From an uncultured Thermoleophilia bacterium (lineage in GTDB: Bacteria > Actinomycetota > Thermoleophilia > Miltoncostaeales > Miltoncostaeaceae): a stretch of 64,000 bases of DNA. The notes below the pieces were generated by a model. It worked only from the letters and a program-made list of their open reading frames with translations. It made no database searches and was not told where the DNA came from. The translations under genes and the position numbers were made by a program. Where the stretch lies: the NCBI GenBank assembly GCA_963771025.1, contig CAVYRL010000003.1, positions 354,267 to 418,266 of the forward strand. The letters are read 5' to 3'. Positions 28,561 to 38,966 of the stretch are shown in pieces. Position 1 is the first letter of the stretch. Each line of letters opens with the position of its first letter.

Positions 28561-28702
28561 GGTTGCCCCCTCGTCTGACGTCGCCCGGCACGCACCGGTG
28601 CCACGGAGGTCCATCAGATCACCGGACCGCGCGCGGGCGCCACCGGCGCGAGTCGCAGAGCGCCCGAGGACGTCCTTCTGCGACCGAGCCCCGGCCGGGA
28701 GG

Positions 28703-29431
28703 TCACACGATGCTGACCGGCACCCCGGGCCGTATGCGTTTGGCGATCCACGCGATGCCGCCGTCGCCGAGTCGCACGCAGCCGTGCGAGGCGGCCGTGC
28801 CGAGCCGGCCGCCGATGTTGCGGACGCCGTGGATGGCGACCTGCCCAGGACCTCCATCGAACTCCTGGAACACCGGGGAGCGCGCGCTGAGGGCGAGGGC
28901 GAACGGAGCGCCGGGGCGTCCGGCGGAGAGCCGCACGTTCTCCTCGACGAAGTACTCGCCGCGCGGCGTCGGCGTGGACGGAGCGCCCACGATCGCCCTC
29001 AGGTCGCGCACTCGCAGCCCCTTCCGATAGACCCTCACGTGGCGGCTGCGCAGGTCGATCACGATCCGCCACGGCGTGGCGGAGATGCGGGTCGATGTGG
29101 TGCGGATCCAACCGGTCGGCGGCGGTTTGGCCCCACGCAGGGCACGGCCGGGAAGGCGCACCCGCAGCCAGTGGCGCGCCCGCAGGTCGGTGCTGTGATC
29201 GATGACCGGCAGCAGCGTGCGGCCGCCCGTGATCGGCCTCCGCGGGGCGACGCGGGCCACGACCCGGGAGGTCGTGCTCGGCCGGGCATGGGCCACGTGG
29301 ACGGTGAGAACCGTCGCGATCTCCTGATCCACGCCGGCGCCCGCGGCCTGCGCTCCGGCGGGCAGGGCCACGGCGCAGGCGGCGACCACCGCCGCCCGCG
29401 CAAGCGTCGAGCGCAGCGACACGGCCGTCAA
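28703..29431 (-). CDS. Secreted L,D-transpeptidase (YkuD family)
   Basis: IVIDLRSRHV, IVGAPSTPTPRGEY and AIHG...SHGCVRL catalytic motifs. TTG start overlaps the upstream stop (TTGA). Confidence 0.9.
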   Translation of the reverse strand: MTAVSLRSTLARAAVVAACAVALPAGAQAAGAGVDQEIATVLTVHVAHARPSTTSRVVARVAPRRPITGGRTLLPVIDHSTDLRARHWLRVRLPGRALRGAKPPPTGWIRTTSTRISATPWRIVIDLRSRHVRVYRKGLRVRDLRAIVGAPSTPTPRGEYFVEENVRLSAGRPGAPFALALSARSPVFQEFDGGPGQVAIHGVRNIGGRLGTAASHGCVRLGDGGIAWIAKRIRPGVPVSIV

Positions 29432-30636
29432 CCCGTGAAGCCGACGGTGGTACGCGGCGTCAGGAACCGGACCCGGCGCGACGGAACCCGCGCCCGCCCC
29501 TCGGCACATGCGCGGAATCGCATTCGGAGCGTGGAGGCGGGGGTCGCATCCGTGTAGAGGACGCGCGCCCTGACGATGTGGATGCCCCGCCTGGACCTGA
29601 CAACCGCACGGAACGGCGCCGTGCGACGGTTCGCGATCGTGAGGCCGTCGAGCGAGAAGACGACCCGCCGGATGTTGACCCCGGTCACGCGGACCGGGAA
29701 CGTGTCCTGCACGCAGCGGCTGACTCCGAAGCGCGACACCGAGTTGCCGATCGAGCGCGGGATCGTCGAGAAGACGCTCGTCCCGTTGCTCGCCGTCGGA
29801 CCGATGCCACCTCCGCCGCCCGGCGGGGTGCCGCCCGGCGCGGTGCCGCCCGGCGCGGTGCCGCCCGGCGTGGTGCCGCCCGGCGTGCTCGTCGCGCAGT
29901 TGGCGGCGGTGATCCGGTCGTTGATGAGGGTGACCGCGCCGTTGCGCGCCAGCGCCCGCCCCTGGATGGTCACGCCGTTCTTCACCGAGATCGACTGCAG
30001 GGCGAGGATGCTGCCCACGAAGGTGGTGGTGGTGCCGAGCGTCGCGGAGCTGCCGATCTGCCAGAAGACGTTGCACGGCTGAGCGCCGTTGACCATTCTC
30101 ACGCGGCTCGCCGACGCGGTCGTCAGCGTCGAACCGGCCTGGAACACGAAGACGGCGTCCGGGTTGCCCTGGGCGTCGAGGGTCAGCGCACCGGTCAGCC
30201 CGACCGACGAGGCGGACTTGTAGACGCCCGAGGTGAGGGTCAGGCCGCCGAGGTCGCCGGCGATGCTCACGGGCGGGGTCCGCCCGGCGGCGTCGTTGTA
30301 CGCGGTCGTGAGGTCCGACTGGGCCTGGAGGGCCGGTCCGTCAGCGGCGTGGATCGTGCCGTTGACGGTACCCGGCGGGAAGCCGGTGATGGCGGCCCCG
30401 GGGGTCAGTCCCAGGTTGCCGTTGATGACCGAGGGGCCGGTGTTGGTGATGGTGGAACCGGCCAGCACGGCGTAGGCGTCGGCGGTGCCGAGCCCAACGG
30501 GCGCCTGGGCGGCGAAGGCGCTTGTCGCGAGCAGCGAGGAGGCTGCGCAGGCGACGCCCACGAGGCTGATGCGACGCGCGACGCCGCCTCCGGCCGCTCG
30601 CGAGGAGCCTGGCGTGGTGCGGGTCGTGCGACGCAT
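29428..30636 (-). CDS. Secreted ice-binding (DUF3494) protein with TPGG linker and basic C-terminal domain ending GFTG
   Basis: LGTADAYAVLAGSTITNTG, LTSGVY, VFVFQAGSTL, NVFWQIGSSATLG and QGRALAR motifs. Confidence 0.92.
   Translation of the reverse strand: MRRTTRTTPGSSRAAGGGVARRISLVGVACAASSLLATSAFAAQAPVGLGTADAYAVLAGSTITNTGPSVINGNLGLTPGAAITGFPPGTVNGTIHAADGPALQAQSDLTTAYNDAAGRTPPVSIAGDLGGLTLTSGVYKSASSVGLTGALTLDAQGNPDAVFVFQAGSTLTTASASRVRMVNGAQPCNVFWQIGSSATLGTTTTFVGSILALQSISVKNGVTIQGRALARNGAVTLINDRITAANCATSTPGGTTPGGTAPGGTAPGGTPPGGGGGIGPTASNGTSVFSTIPRSIGNSVSRFGVSRCVQDTFPVRVTGVNIRRVVFSLDGLTIANRRTAPFRAVVRSRRGIHIVRARVLYTDATPASTLRMRFRACAEGRARVPSRRVRFLTPRTTVGFTG
29816..29887. repeat. About five copies of a 15-bp tandem repeat encoding (T/A)xPGG linker
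   Basis: CCGCCCGGCG(C/G/T)GGTG units. Confidence 0.85.
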
Positions 30637-30809
30637 GGAGGGTCCTTCTCAGATGGATGCGGGAAGAAGTGCCGCATCGTCACGATGCCCCCACCATCGG
30701 CAAATACTGAACCGTTCATTAAAGTATAGGTCCGGGGACACCTCGCGGCCTGAGCTGGCGCACCGCCAGCGGGGGAGGTGGACGGCGACCCGGACGTGCC
30801 GCACCATGA

Positions 30810-30853
30810 ACGACGAAAGCCCGCGCGAAGGCGGGCTTTCGGGTGCGCCAGAC
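30810..30853 (-). repeat. Remnant of tRNA-Arg 3' end plus terminator hairpin (old att-like copy)
   Basis: TGCGCCAGAC (30844-30853) is identical to 38967-38976. ACGACGAAAGCCC (30810-30822) is identical to 38931-38943. Hairpin GAAAGCCCGC/GCGGGCTTTC. Confidence 0.6.
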
Positions 30854-30896
30854 GCCTGCCATCGGCCATGCCGCGCAGGTCCGTGATCAGATCACC

Positions 30897-31367
30897 CTAG
30901 AAGCCCCAGCGCTTCGTCCGAACGCTCGAGGGGTCGCCGCCTCGGCTCACGGCGGCCTGCAGCTCGGCCTCGGCGATCTCCGGTGTGGGTGCCGGCGCGG
31001 TCTGGCGGGCGTCGAGGACGTCCCGGTAGCTCTCGAGCCCGTAGTACTCCTGCACGTCGGACTCATCGCCCAGGGTCAGGTCGTCGTCCTCGGCGAAGGT
31101 CGGCGCCAGGGAGAGCTTCTCGCGCGTGTAGGGCAGGAGGATCTCCTTGTCGGGATCGGTGCCGCGCGCGGTGACGTTGACGAGGGGGATGACGTGACGC
31201 CTCGAACCGAACCATCCGCTCTCCACGGCGAGGTACCTCACCTCACCGTCGGCCGGATCGACGTAGAGCCCGGCCACGGTCCCGATCTTCTCGTCGTTGG
31301 TGTCGTACACCGGCCGAGCGAGCAGATCCTCGGTCGCAGGCAGGTTCGCGGTTCCCCGGACAGTCAT
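30897..31367 (-). CDS. PRC-barrel domain protein
   Basis: VYDTNDEKIGTV..LYVD...GEVRYLAV..GWFG motif. Confidence 0.88.
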   Translation of the reverse strand: MTVRGTANLPATEDLLARPVYDTNDEKIGTVAGLYVDPADGEVRYLAVESGWFGSRRHVIPLVNVTARGTDPDKEILLPYTREKLSLAPTFAEDDDLTLGDESDVQEYYGLESYRDVLDARQTAPAPTPEIAEAELQAAVSRGGDPSSVRTKRWGF

Positions 31368-31588
31368 CGTCACTCCCTTCGTCGCTGAACTCCATTGGTA
31401 CCCGCGCAGGGCGCGTTCCAACCGAGGAGGGGAAGTGGCATGACCACCACCGGAGGCGGCCCGCGGAGGCGCGTGGGTCACGACGGCGCAAATCCGTGTG
31501 TCCCATCGCAGAGCGGCTGCTGCAACCGACATGGCGCGACGGGCGCCCCGGGCCAGGCCGGACCACCCAGCTGTGAGATGTTCCCGGG

Positions 31589-32161
31589 ATGACGGACGAC
31601 CTCCGACGCCTGCCGGAGGGCCTCCCGGCCCCCGAGGACGACGGCGCCGCCGCCCATCTTCGGGGTGCCTCCGTTCCCGAGATCGCGCTCAGTTCCACCA
31701 TCGGGCAGACGCTGACGATCGCCGCGGCGGCGCGCCCCGCGCTGGTGTTCGCCTTCCCCTGGGCCGGGCGTCCGGGCGAGGCTCTTCCCGAGGCGGGCTG
31801 GGACGCGATACCGGGCGCTCGGGGCTGCACCGCCGAGGCCTGCGCTTTCCGGGACGTCGACGCCGACCTGCGAGCCCTCGGCCTCGACGTGCTCGGAGTC
31901 TCCGTGCAGAGCCCCGCGGCGCTGGCCGAGGTGGCGACGCGCCTCGGCCTGCGTTACCCGCTGCTGTCGGACGAGGGCCTGGAGCTCGCGCGGGCGATCG
32001 GCCTGCCGACCTTCACGGCCGGCGGCCGCACGCTGCTGCGGCGTCTCACAATGCTCGTGCGCGACGGCCGTGTGGAGCGCGTCTGGTACCCGGTGTTCCC
32101 GCCCGACCGGCATCCGGAGCGGGTGCTGGCGGCTCTGACCGGGCCGGGTTCGCGCCTCTGA
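31589..32161 (+). CDS. Peroxiredoxin (Bcp/AhpC-TSA family)
   Basis: GARGCTAEACAFRD, YPLLSD and LRRLTML...G motifs. Confidence 0.9.
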   Translation: MTDDLRRLPEGLPAPEDDGAAAHLRGASVPEIALSSTIGQTLTIAAAARPALVFAFPWAGRPGEALPEAGWDAIPGARGCTAEACAFRDVDADLRALGLDVLGVSVQSPAALAEVATRLGLRYPLLSDEGLELARAIGLPTFTAGGRTLLRRLTMLVRDGRVERVWYPVFPPDRHPERVLAALTGPGSRL

Positions 32162-32474
32162 GCGATGCCCCTGGCGACGGGCGGATGCTGCATGAGGCCT
32201 GAAGGACGTCCGGGTTGCGCTTCCACGACCCGCGCCGCACCGGCGCGAGCCCGCTGATCGCGGCGGGCGCCACCCGCGCGGGCCACGTGCCGGGCGGAGG
32301 ACGCCCGAACGAGGAGGAGCGCGGCGCCAAGCACCGTGACGACCGCGTGGTGGTCCGTCATCGCGCGTAACGGGATGGTCACCGACACGAAACCACGCGT
32401 GGTCCGGGCCACGCGAGCATCGTCGGCGACGCCGTCCGAACGGCGGAGGCTGATCCCGAGGATGGAGAGGAACG

Positions 32475-33932
32475 ATGAAGAAGATGACTGTGCGCAGGGT
32501 CGGGGCACTGGCCGGCGCCACCGGCGTAGCCGCCGCGGCCGCCGTGGGTGCGGTGGCGGCGGCCGGCACGATCACCGGGCCGAGCAGCTCCCAAACGCCC
32601 TATCTGACCCCGAGCGAGCCGGGTGTCGTCACGAAGTCGATCCTCACGGTCGGCGACTCGGTCAACGACACGCCCGGCGGCGCGAAGTACCGCATGGTGG
32701 GCATCCCGGACGGGCTCGGTGCCTTCGACAACCACGACGGCACTTTCACGGTGTTGATGAACCAGGAGCTCGACGGTGCCGGCGTCGGGGTCGAGCGCGC
32801 GCACGGCGCCAAGGGGGCCTTCGTCTCGAAGTGGACGATCGACAAGAAGACGCTGCGGGTGCGCAAGGGCGAGGACCTGATCCAGCGCGTCGCTCTCTGG
32901 AACCCGGCCGCCAACTCCTACGACGCGCCCACCAGCGGCGTCGTCTTCACGCGCTTCTGCTCGGCGGACCTGCCCGCGCGCAGCGCCTTCTACGACGACG
33001 GCAGGGGCTTTGGCGGCCGGCTCTTCCTGAACGGGGAGGAGTCGGGCACCGAGGGCCGCGCCTTCGCCCACGGTCTCGACGGCACGAGCTGGGAGCTCGC
33101 CTCGCTCGGAAAGGCCGCCTGGGAGAATCAGGTCGCCCAGCCGGACTCGGGCAAGAACACGGTCGTCGTCGGTCTCGACGATGGCCCGGGTGGCCAGGTC
33201 TACGTGTACGTCGGCGCCAAGCGGCGCTCCGGCTCGCCCGTCGAGAAGGCCGGCCTGGTCGGAGGCCGGCTCTACGGGGTCAAGATCGACGGCCGCCCCC
33301 TCGAGGACGCCGCCACGGGCATCCCCTCGGGTTCGCGCTTCAGCCTCGAGCCCCTGGGCGACGTCTCCGCCAAGAGCGGCGCGCAGCTCAATACGGACAG
33401 CATCGCCGCGGCGGTGACCACCTTCCAGCGACCCGAGGATGGCGCCTGGGACCCCGGGGACAACCGCAGGTTCTACTTCAACACGACGGCCAGCTTCACG
33501 GGCAACAGCCGCTTGTGGCGACTCAACTTCTCCGACCCGGAGAAGCCCGCCAAGGGGGGCACCATCGACATGCTGCTCGACGGCAGCGAGGGCCAGAAGA
33601 TGCTCGACAACCTGACCGTCAGCGACCATGGCCAGGTCATCCTCCAGGAGGACCCCGGCAACAACCCGTACGTCGCGAAGGTCTACCGCTACTCGGTGAA
33701 GCGGGACACCCTCACCGAGGTCGCCCGCCACGATGAGGCGCGCTTCGCGCCGGGGGCGCCGCTGGGCGTCGACGAAGAGTCCTCCGCGGTCATCCCGGTG
33801 GACGAGATCCTCGGCAAGGGCTGGTACCTGCTCACCCAGCAGGCGCACAGCGACCCCGGCGTCACCGACCCCGAGCTGGTCGAGGGGGGCCAACTGCTCG
33901 CCATGCGCGTGCCGCCGGGGCGCGGCCGATAG
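32475..33932 (+). CDS. Secreted PhoX/DUF839-like phosphatase
   Basis: Signal peptide with RR; PDGLGA, NQEL, RFCSA, WEN, RPEDG, DNLTV and QEDPG motifs. Confidence 0.75.
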   Translation: MKKMTVRRVGALAGATGVAAAAAVGAVAAAGTITGPSSSQTPYLTPSEPGVVTKSILTVGDSVNDTPGGAKYRMVGIPDGLGAFDNHDGTFTVLMNQELDGAGVGVERAHGAKGAFVSKWTIDKKTLRVRKGEDLIQRVALWNPAANSYDAPTSGVVFTRFCSADLPARSAFYDDGRGFGGRLFLNGEESGTEGRAFAHGLDGTSWELASLGKAAWENQVAQPDSGKNTVVVGLDDGPGGQVYVYVGAKRRSGSPVEKAGLVGGRLYGVKIDGRPLEDAATGIPSGSRFSLEPLGDVSAKSGAQLNTDSIAAAVTTFQRPEDGAWDPGDNRRFYFNTTASFTGNSRLWRLNFSDPEKPAKGGTIDMLLDGSEGQKMLDNLTVSDHGQVILQEDPGNNPYVAKVYRYSVKRDTLTEVARHDEARFAPGAPLGVDEESSAVIPVDEILGKGWYLLTQQAHSDPGVTDPELVEGGQLLAMRVPPGRGR

Positions 33933-34108
33933 CGAACGCCTGCGACTCCGCCCACCGGCGATCGGGGCTCCCGGTGCCGCGTGGGCGGGTCGCCGCGCCG
34001 GAGGACGCGCGGGGTAGCGCGGCCGCACTCCGGGGAGGGAGGGGCGCCGCCTTCGCGGTGCCACACCTCCGTCACCCCCGGGGGCCCGTGGCGTCTCCGG
34101 AGCGGAGA

Positions 34109-34220
34109 TGCACCTGACCACCGCTCGCTGCCCGCCCCAAAACGACGGAGGCCCCGCGGCGGCGGGCGGTGATGCGCTAGACAGGACTCGAACCTGTGAC
34201 GTTCGCTCTCGTAGACCGAC
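34109..34220 (-). repeat. Degenerate copy of the tRNA-Arg(ACG) 3' two-thirds plus downstream flank (att-like)
   Basis: 34167-34220 matches 38961-39014 at 50 of 54 nt. Flank 34109-34155 is homologous to 38897-38945. Confidence 0.85.
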
Positions 34221-34251
34221 TCCCGGCCGGTGAGCCCCTCCGATCAGCGCG

Positions 34252-35252
34252 TCAGATCAGGATGGCGGTCTTCCCTCGCACGCTCCCGGCCTCCAGCCGG
34301 CGCATGGCCTCGGGCACCCGCTCGAGCGGGTAGGTCTCGCCGATGCTCGGCACCACCAGGCCGGCATCGATCAGCTCGGTCAGGGCCTCGAGGTCAGCGT
34401 GGTTCTCCTTCGAGATCATCATCGTCAGCCGCTGACGCACGAAGGGCGACAGCGCGATGGCCCGCAGCTGGCGGCCTATGCCGCCCGTCCACCTGCCGCC
34501 CTGCTCGCCACCGATGATCACGAGCGTCCCTCGGGCGTGAGCGCACGCCGCAGGCGCGAGAGCTTCGTGTTGCCCCCGATGTCGAGGATCAGGTCGTAGC
34601 GACGCGCGGCCTGGGAGAAGTCCTCCCGGGTGTAGTCGATGACGCGGTCGGCGCCGAGGGAGCGCACCAGATCGACCTTGGCCGTGCTGCACACGCCGGT
34701 GACGTCCGCCGCCCCGAGCGCCTTCGCGATCTGGACCGCATACGAGCCGACTCCGCCCGACGCGCCCACGATCAGCACCCTCTGCCCCGGACGGATGCGC
34801 CCGGCGTCGCGCAGCCCCTGGATCGCGGTGAGCCCTGACACCGGCACCACCGCGGCCTGCTCGAAGGTGAGGTGGGCCGGCTTGCGGGCGAGCTTGCTCT
34901 CGGACGCGGCTGCGAAACCGGCGAACGAGCCCTTGCCGATGCCGAAGACATCGTCGCCCGGCGTGAAGCGGGTCACCTCGGACCCGACGGCGGCGACGGT
35001 CCCCGCCAGATCCAGCCCGGGCACCGGATTCTTGGGCGCGCGCAGGCCGAACCCCATGATGCGGATCAGATACGGACGGCCGGTCATCAGGTGCCAGGTG
35101 CCCCGATCGAGACCGGCAGCACGGACCTGCACCAGGACCTCGTCCTCGGCGATGTCGGGCACGTCCAGACTCACCCGGCGCAGCACGTCAGCCGAGCCAT
35201 ACGCCTCCTGCCGGATCGCCGGCATCGACGTGGAGTGTCGTGTGACCGTCAT
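34252..35252 (-). pseudogene. NAD(P)-dependent quinone oxidoreductase/ADH-like (MDR), frameshift at about 34529
   Basis: N-terminal part (GASGGVGSYAVQIAK) ends TPEGRS*. The C-terminal part (GTLVIIGGE...RGKTAILI) is in the adjacent frame; one added G restores it. Confidence 0.85.
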
Positions 35253-35310
35253 GGGCCCGCCTTTCGCTTGTCGTTCCCCCTGCGACGGCCCCCTGAGGCA
35301 CAGAGATGAC

Positions 35311-35337
35311 CGTACAAAGTACGTCGTACTTAGTACG
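35311..35337. promoter_or_regulatory. 27-bp near-perfect palindrome, probable TetR operator
   Basis: CGTACAAAGTACG-T-CGTACTTAGTACG (one mismatch) between the divergent oxidoreductase and tetR genes. Confidence 0.75.
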
Positions 35338-35399
35338 CTAGGTTGGGGATCGGGAGTTGTCAACCGGGACCGGCGCCCGATCGGAATCGAGGAGGTGGG

Positions 35400-36062
35400 A
35401 TGTCGACGAATGCCGGCGAGGCCAGGGAGCGGGTGCCGCTCACCCGGGACCGGGTGCTGCACGGCGCCATCGCCATCGCGGATGCGCGTGGGGTCGGCGC
35501 CCTGACGATGCGCTCGCTCGCCCGAGAGCTCGGCGTCAAGCCGATGGCGCTGTACCACCACGTCGCCAACAAGGCCGAGATCCTCGACGGCATCGTCAAC
35601 CTCGTCTTCAGCCGGATCGAAGTGCCCGTCGACGAGGCCGACTGGCGCGTGGCCATGCGTAGGCGGGCGATCTCGGCGCGCCGCGTGCTGGGACGCCATC
35701 CCTGGGCGACCGTGCTGATGGACTCGCGCACCGCGCCGGGCCCCTCCAACCTCGGCCACCACGACGCGGTCATCGGGACGCTCCGGCGGGCGGGCTTCTC
35801 GATCGAGATGGCCGCCCACATCGTCTCCTTGCTCGACAGCTACGTCTACGGGTTCGCGCTCCAGGAGGCGGCCCTGCCGTTCGACGGCCCCGACTCGGTC
35901 GCCGAGGTCACGGAGTCGGTGCTGCAGCGGTTCCCGGCCGATCGCTACCCCCACCTGGAGGAGATGGCGACCGAGCACGTCCTGCGACCGGGCTACGACT
36001 TCGGCGACGAGTTCGCGTGGGGCCTCGACCTGATCCTCCGCGCCCTGGAGGCGCCGGGGTAG
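35400..36062 (+). CDS. TetR family regulator (TetR_C type)
   Basis: LTRDRVL..AI.IAD..G...[22 protein letters not shown] motif. Confidence 0.95.
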   Translation: MSTNAGEARERVPLTRDRVLHGAIAIADARGVGALTMRSLARELGVKPMALYHHVANKAEILDGIVNLVFSRIEVPVDEADWRVAMRRRAISARRVLGRHPWATVLMDSRTAPGPSNLGHHDAVIGTLRRAGFSIEMAAHIVSLLDSYVYGFALQEAALPFDGPDSVAEVTESVLQRFPADRYPHLEEMATEHVLRPGYDFGDEFAWGLDLILRALEAPG

Positions 36063-36379
36063 CCGGCCCCCGCCCGGGCCGCGCCCTCAACGCCACGCCG
36101 GCTCCGCCCTCTGGGCCGCGGACGCCGATGCCGGCACCGGGGCGGCGGGAGCATCCCCGCGCCACGCGGGACGGCCCCGCACAGTGCGGCGAATACTCCC
36201 CGGGGTGGAAGGGGTGGGCACCCGCGATGCCCCTGGACTCCTCGATGCGGGGAGACCGGGGCAACCGCGAACGTGATCCCACCCGACTCGAAGCTATGGG
36301 GACGGCTTCCGGCGCCCCGCGATCCGCGCGCGGGACGTCGCGAGGTGCCAGGACGGCGACGCCGCAGTAGAATCCGATA

Positions 36380-38071
36380 GTGCTTGGCGAGGCCGAAGCA
36401 CTGCTGCGGGACGCGGACGCCGCGCTCGAGCGCGGGGACTGGGAGGCTGCCCGCGCATCGTTCGAGGCCGCCCTGGAGAGGGAGGAGTCGGCTGAGGCGC
36501 TGCTCGGGCTGAGTGACGCGCTCTGGTGGCTCGGGGAGACGGACGGCGCCGTTCACCGGGGCGAGAGGGCATACGCCGCCTTCCGCCACCGGGGCGATCT
36601 CGTCTCGGCTGCGCAGGCGGCCGTGATGCTCTACTTCCACTACCGCGTGAGCCTGGGTAACGCCGCGGCCGCGCGGGGATGGCTCGGCCGCGCGGCGCGG
36701 CTCGTCGAGGAGGCGGCGCTCGCGCCGCTCGAGGGCTGGGTCCTGCTGATGCGAGCGCACGACAGCGGCGATCCCGACGCCTCCGAGCGCTGGGCACGCG
36801 AGGCGTGCTCCCTCGCCCACCGATTCGAGGATCCCGACCTCGAGCTTTGCTCCCTCAGCCAGCTGGGGACGGCCCTGGTCGAGATGGGCCGCGTGGACGA
36901 GGGCGGATCACTACTCGACGAGGCCATGGCCGGCGCCCTGGCGGGCGAGGCGACCCAGCTGCGGACGGTCGTCTATACGAGCTGCAACATGATCAGCGCC
37001 TGCAGCCTTGTTGCCGAGGTGGAGCGGGCGGCGCAGTGGATCCATGCAGCGGACGAGTTCACGCGCCGCTACGGCAGCGCGCACCTCTACACCACGTGCC
37101 GCACGTACTACGGGGGCGTCCTCTTCGCCACGGGGCGCTGGGACGAGGCGGACAAGCAGCTGGCCGCCGCGCTGGAGAGCGCCCGTGGAGCCGAACTGGC
37201 GCTGTACGCCGAGGCCCTGGGCCAGATGGCGGAGCTGCGGCTTGCGCAGGGCAGGTTGGAGGAGGCCGAGCTGCTGCTCGCCGGCTTCGAGAATCATCAC
37301 GCGACCGCGGCCGCGGCGGCGGCCGTCCGGCTCGCCCGTGGGGATCCCGCCGGCGCCGGGCGCCTCATCCGGCGGCGCCTGCGCGATCTTGAGGAGCACG
37401 TGCGGCCGACCCCGTTCCCGATCGGGACGGCAGTCTGCCTGCAGGCGGCATCGCTGCTGGAGCTGCTCACCGTCGCCGAGCTGGAGTGCGGCGACCTGCC
37501 CGCCGCCCGATCCGCTGCCGAACGGCTCGCCGCGCTCGGGGAGCGCGCCGGCTGCGAGGCCGTCGCGGCGAGGGCCGCGCGGGCGGGCGGGCGGGCACTG
37601 GAGGCGACGGGCGAGGGCGACGCGGCCCTCGCGGCCCTGGAGCGGGCGCTCGGGGTGTTCACCCGCCTGGAGCTGCCGCTCGAGGCGGCCCGGACGCAGC
37701 TCCTGGTCGCCCGCACGCTGCGGGGGCGGGACGCAGCGGCACAGGAGGCCCGCGCGGCGCTCGAGCACTTCGAGCGCCTGGGAGCCGGCCACGATGCCGA
37801 CGCCGCCGCGGCCTACCTGCGATCGCTCGGAGTCGCAGCGGCGCGCCACGGACCCCGCGCGGCGGGCGCCCTGACCCGGCGCGAGCGCGAAGTGCTCGGG
37901 CTGCTCGCGGAGGGGCTCACGAACCGCGAGCTGGCCGAGCGCCTCTTCCTCACCCGCAAGACCGTCGAGCACCACGTCGCGAGCGTCCTGCGAAAGCTCG
38001 GCCTGCGCAGCCGCGCCGAGGCGGCTGCCTACGCGGTGCGGCTCGCCCGACGGGATTCCGCCGTGATCTGA
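36380..38071 (+). CDS. Large LuxR-family regulator with TPR-like helical region
   Basis: C-terminal [35 protein letters not shown]. Confidence 0.9.
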   Translation: MLGEAEALLRDADAALERGDWEAARASFEAALEREESAEALLGLSDALWWLGETDGAVHRGERAYAAFRHRGDLVSAAQAAVMLYFHYRVSLGNAAAARGWLGRAARLVEEAALAPLEGWVLLMRAHDSGDPDASERWAREACSLAHRFEDPDLELCSLSQLGTALVEMGRVDEGGSLLDEAMAGALAGEATQLRTVVYTSCNMISACSLVAEVERAAQWIHAADEFTRRYGSAHLYTTCRTYYGGVLFATGRWDEADKQLAAALESARGAELALYAEALGQMAELRLAQGRLEEAELLLAGFENHHATAAAAAAVRLARGDPAGAGRLIRRRLRDLEEHVRPTPFPIGTAVCLQAASLLELLTVAELECGDLPAARSAAERLAALGERAGCEAVAARAARAGGRALEATGEGDAALAALERALGVFTRLELPLEAARTQLLVARTLRGRDAAAQEARAALEHFERLGAGHDADAAAAYLRSLGVAAARHGPRAAGALTRREREVLGLLAEGLTNRELAERLFLTRKTVEHHVASVLRKLGLRSRAEAAAYAVRLARRDSAVI

Positions 38072-38118
38072 GGGTTTTGACCGATGTCCGCCGCGCGGCG
38101 CCCGGTCAGGCTGACGGC

Positions 38119-38496
38119 ATGTCTGATCACCCGGACACCGACAAGGTCCTCATCAACCTGGCGACCGGCCTGGAGGACGCCGAGCGGGTCACCGTCGCGT
38201 TCCTCGTCGCGGGAGCCGCGCTCGGCGCGGGCAAGCGCGTCGGGATCTGGCTCACCAAGGAGGCCGTCCGGCTTGCGCTTCCGGGTTACGGTGAGGGTGT
38301 GGCCTGTGACGGCTGCCCGCCGCTGGAGCGGCTGATGGAGCAGTTCGCGCAGGGCGGCGGAGAGCTGCTGCCGTGCCCGATCTGTTTCAACGCCCGCCAC
38401 CTCGGCGAGGGCGGGCTCGCGCCGAACGCACGCCTGACCGGGGCGACGCCGCTGTGGGAGTGGATCGGGGCCGGCGCCACCGTCTTCAGCTACTGA
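38119..38496 (+). CDS. DsrE family protein
   Basis: Beta-alpha pattern with ...FL..A..A...GK.V..WLT.EAV and CDGC/CPIC motifs. Confidence 0.8.
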   Translation: MSDHPDTDKVLINLATGLEDAERVTVAFLVAGAALGAGKRVGIWLTKEAVRLALPGYGEGVACDGCPPLERLMEQFAQGGGELLPCPICFNARHLGEGGLAPNARLTGATPLWEWIGAGATVFSY

Positions 38497-38554
38497 GGAG
38501 GCGACCGCTGGACCCCGGGGGCCCAGCGGCGCCGGCGGGCTTCCCGTACGCGAT

Positions 38555-38758
38555 CACCCTCTCGGGCTTCTGGGGATTGACGAGGGTGCAGATGTTCGTC
38601 ACCCCGATCGGGCCAATGATCTCCTCGCGCTTGGGCGAGGACAGCTAGGTCCAGCGGACGTCGTCGGCGACGAGGTCGAAGAAGGGCCCGCTGTCGCCGC
38701 GCTCCCACGGCAGGAAGGCTTCGCGGACGAGGCGGCGGTTGTCGTCGGCCGACGTCAC
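38555..38758 (-). pseudogene. Chimeric relic: SnoaL/NTF2-like 5' fragment fused to a decayed paralog of the 60189-60452 gene
   Basis: NRRLVREAF...GD...FFDLVADDVRWT, then TAG, then LSSPKREEIIGPIGVTNICTLVNPQKPERV. Confidence 0.65.
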
Positions 38759-38966
38759 GTGGTGAGCATGCGCGCGGCGGCGTTGCACCCGTCTCAAAGG
38801 CCCCCGCCCCCCTCGCGGGGCACCCACCCCCTTCCCCCGGCACCGTCTCCCGCACCGTCCTGGATGGTGCGGGGATGCTCCCGCACCGTATGCGGGTGCA
38901 CCTGACTGCCGCTCGCTGCCCGCCCACAGCACGACGAAAGCCCCGTGGATACGGGGCCTCCGGTGA

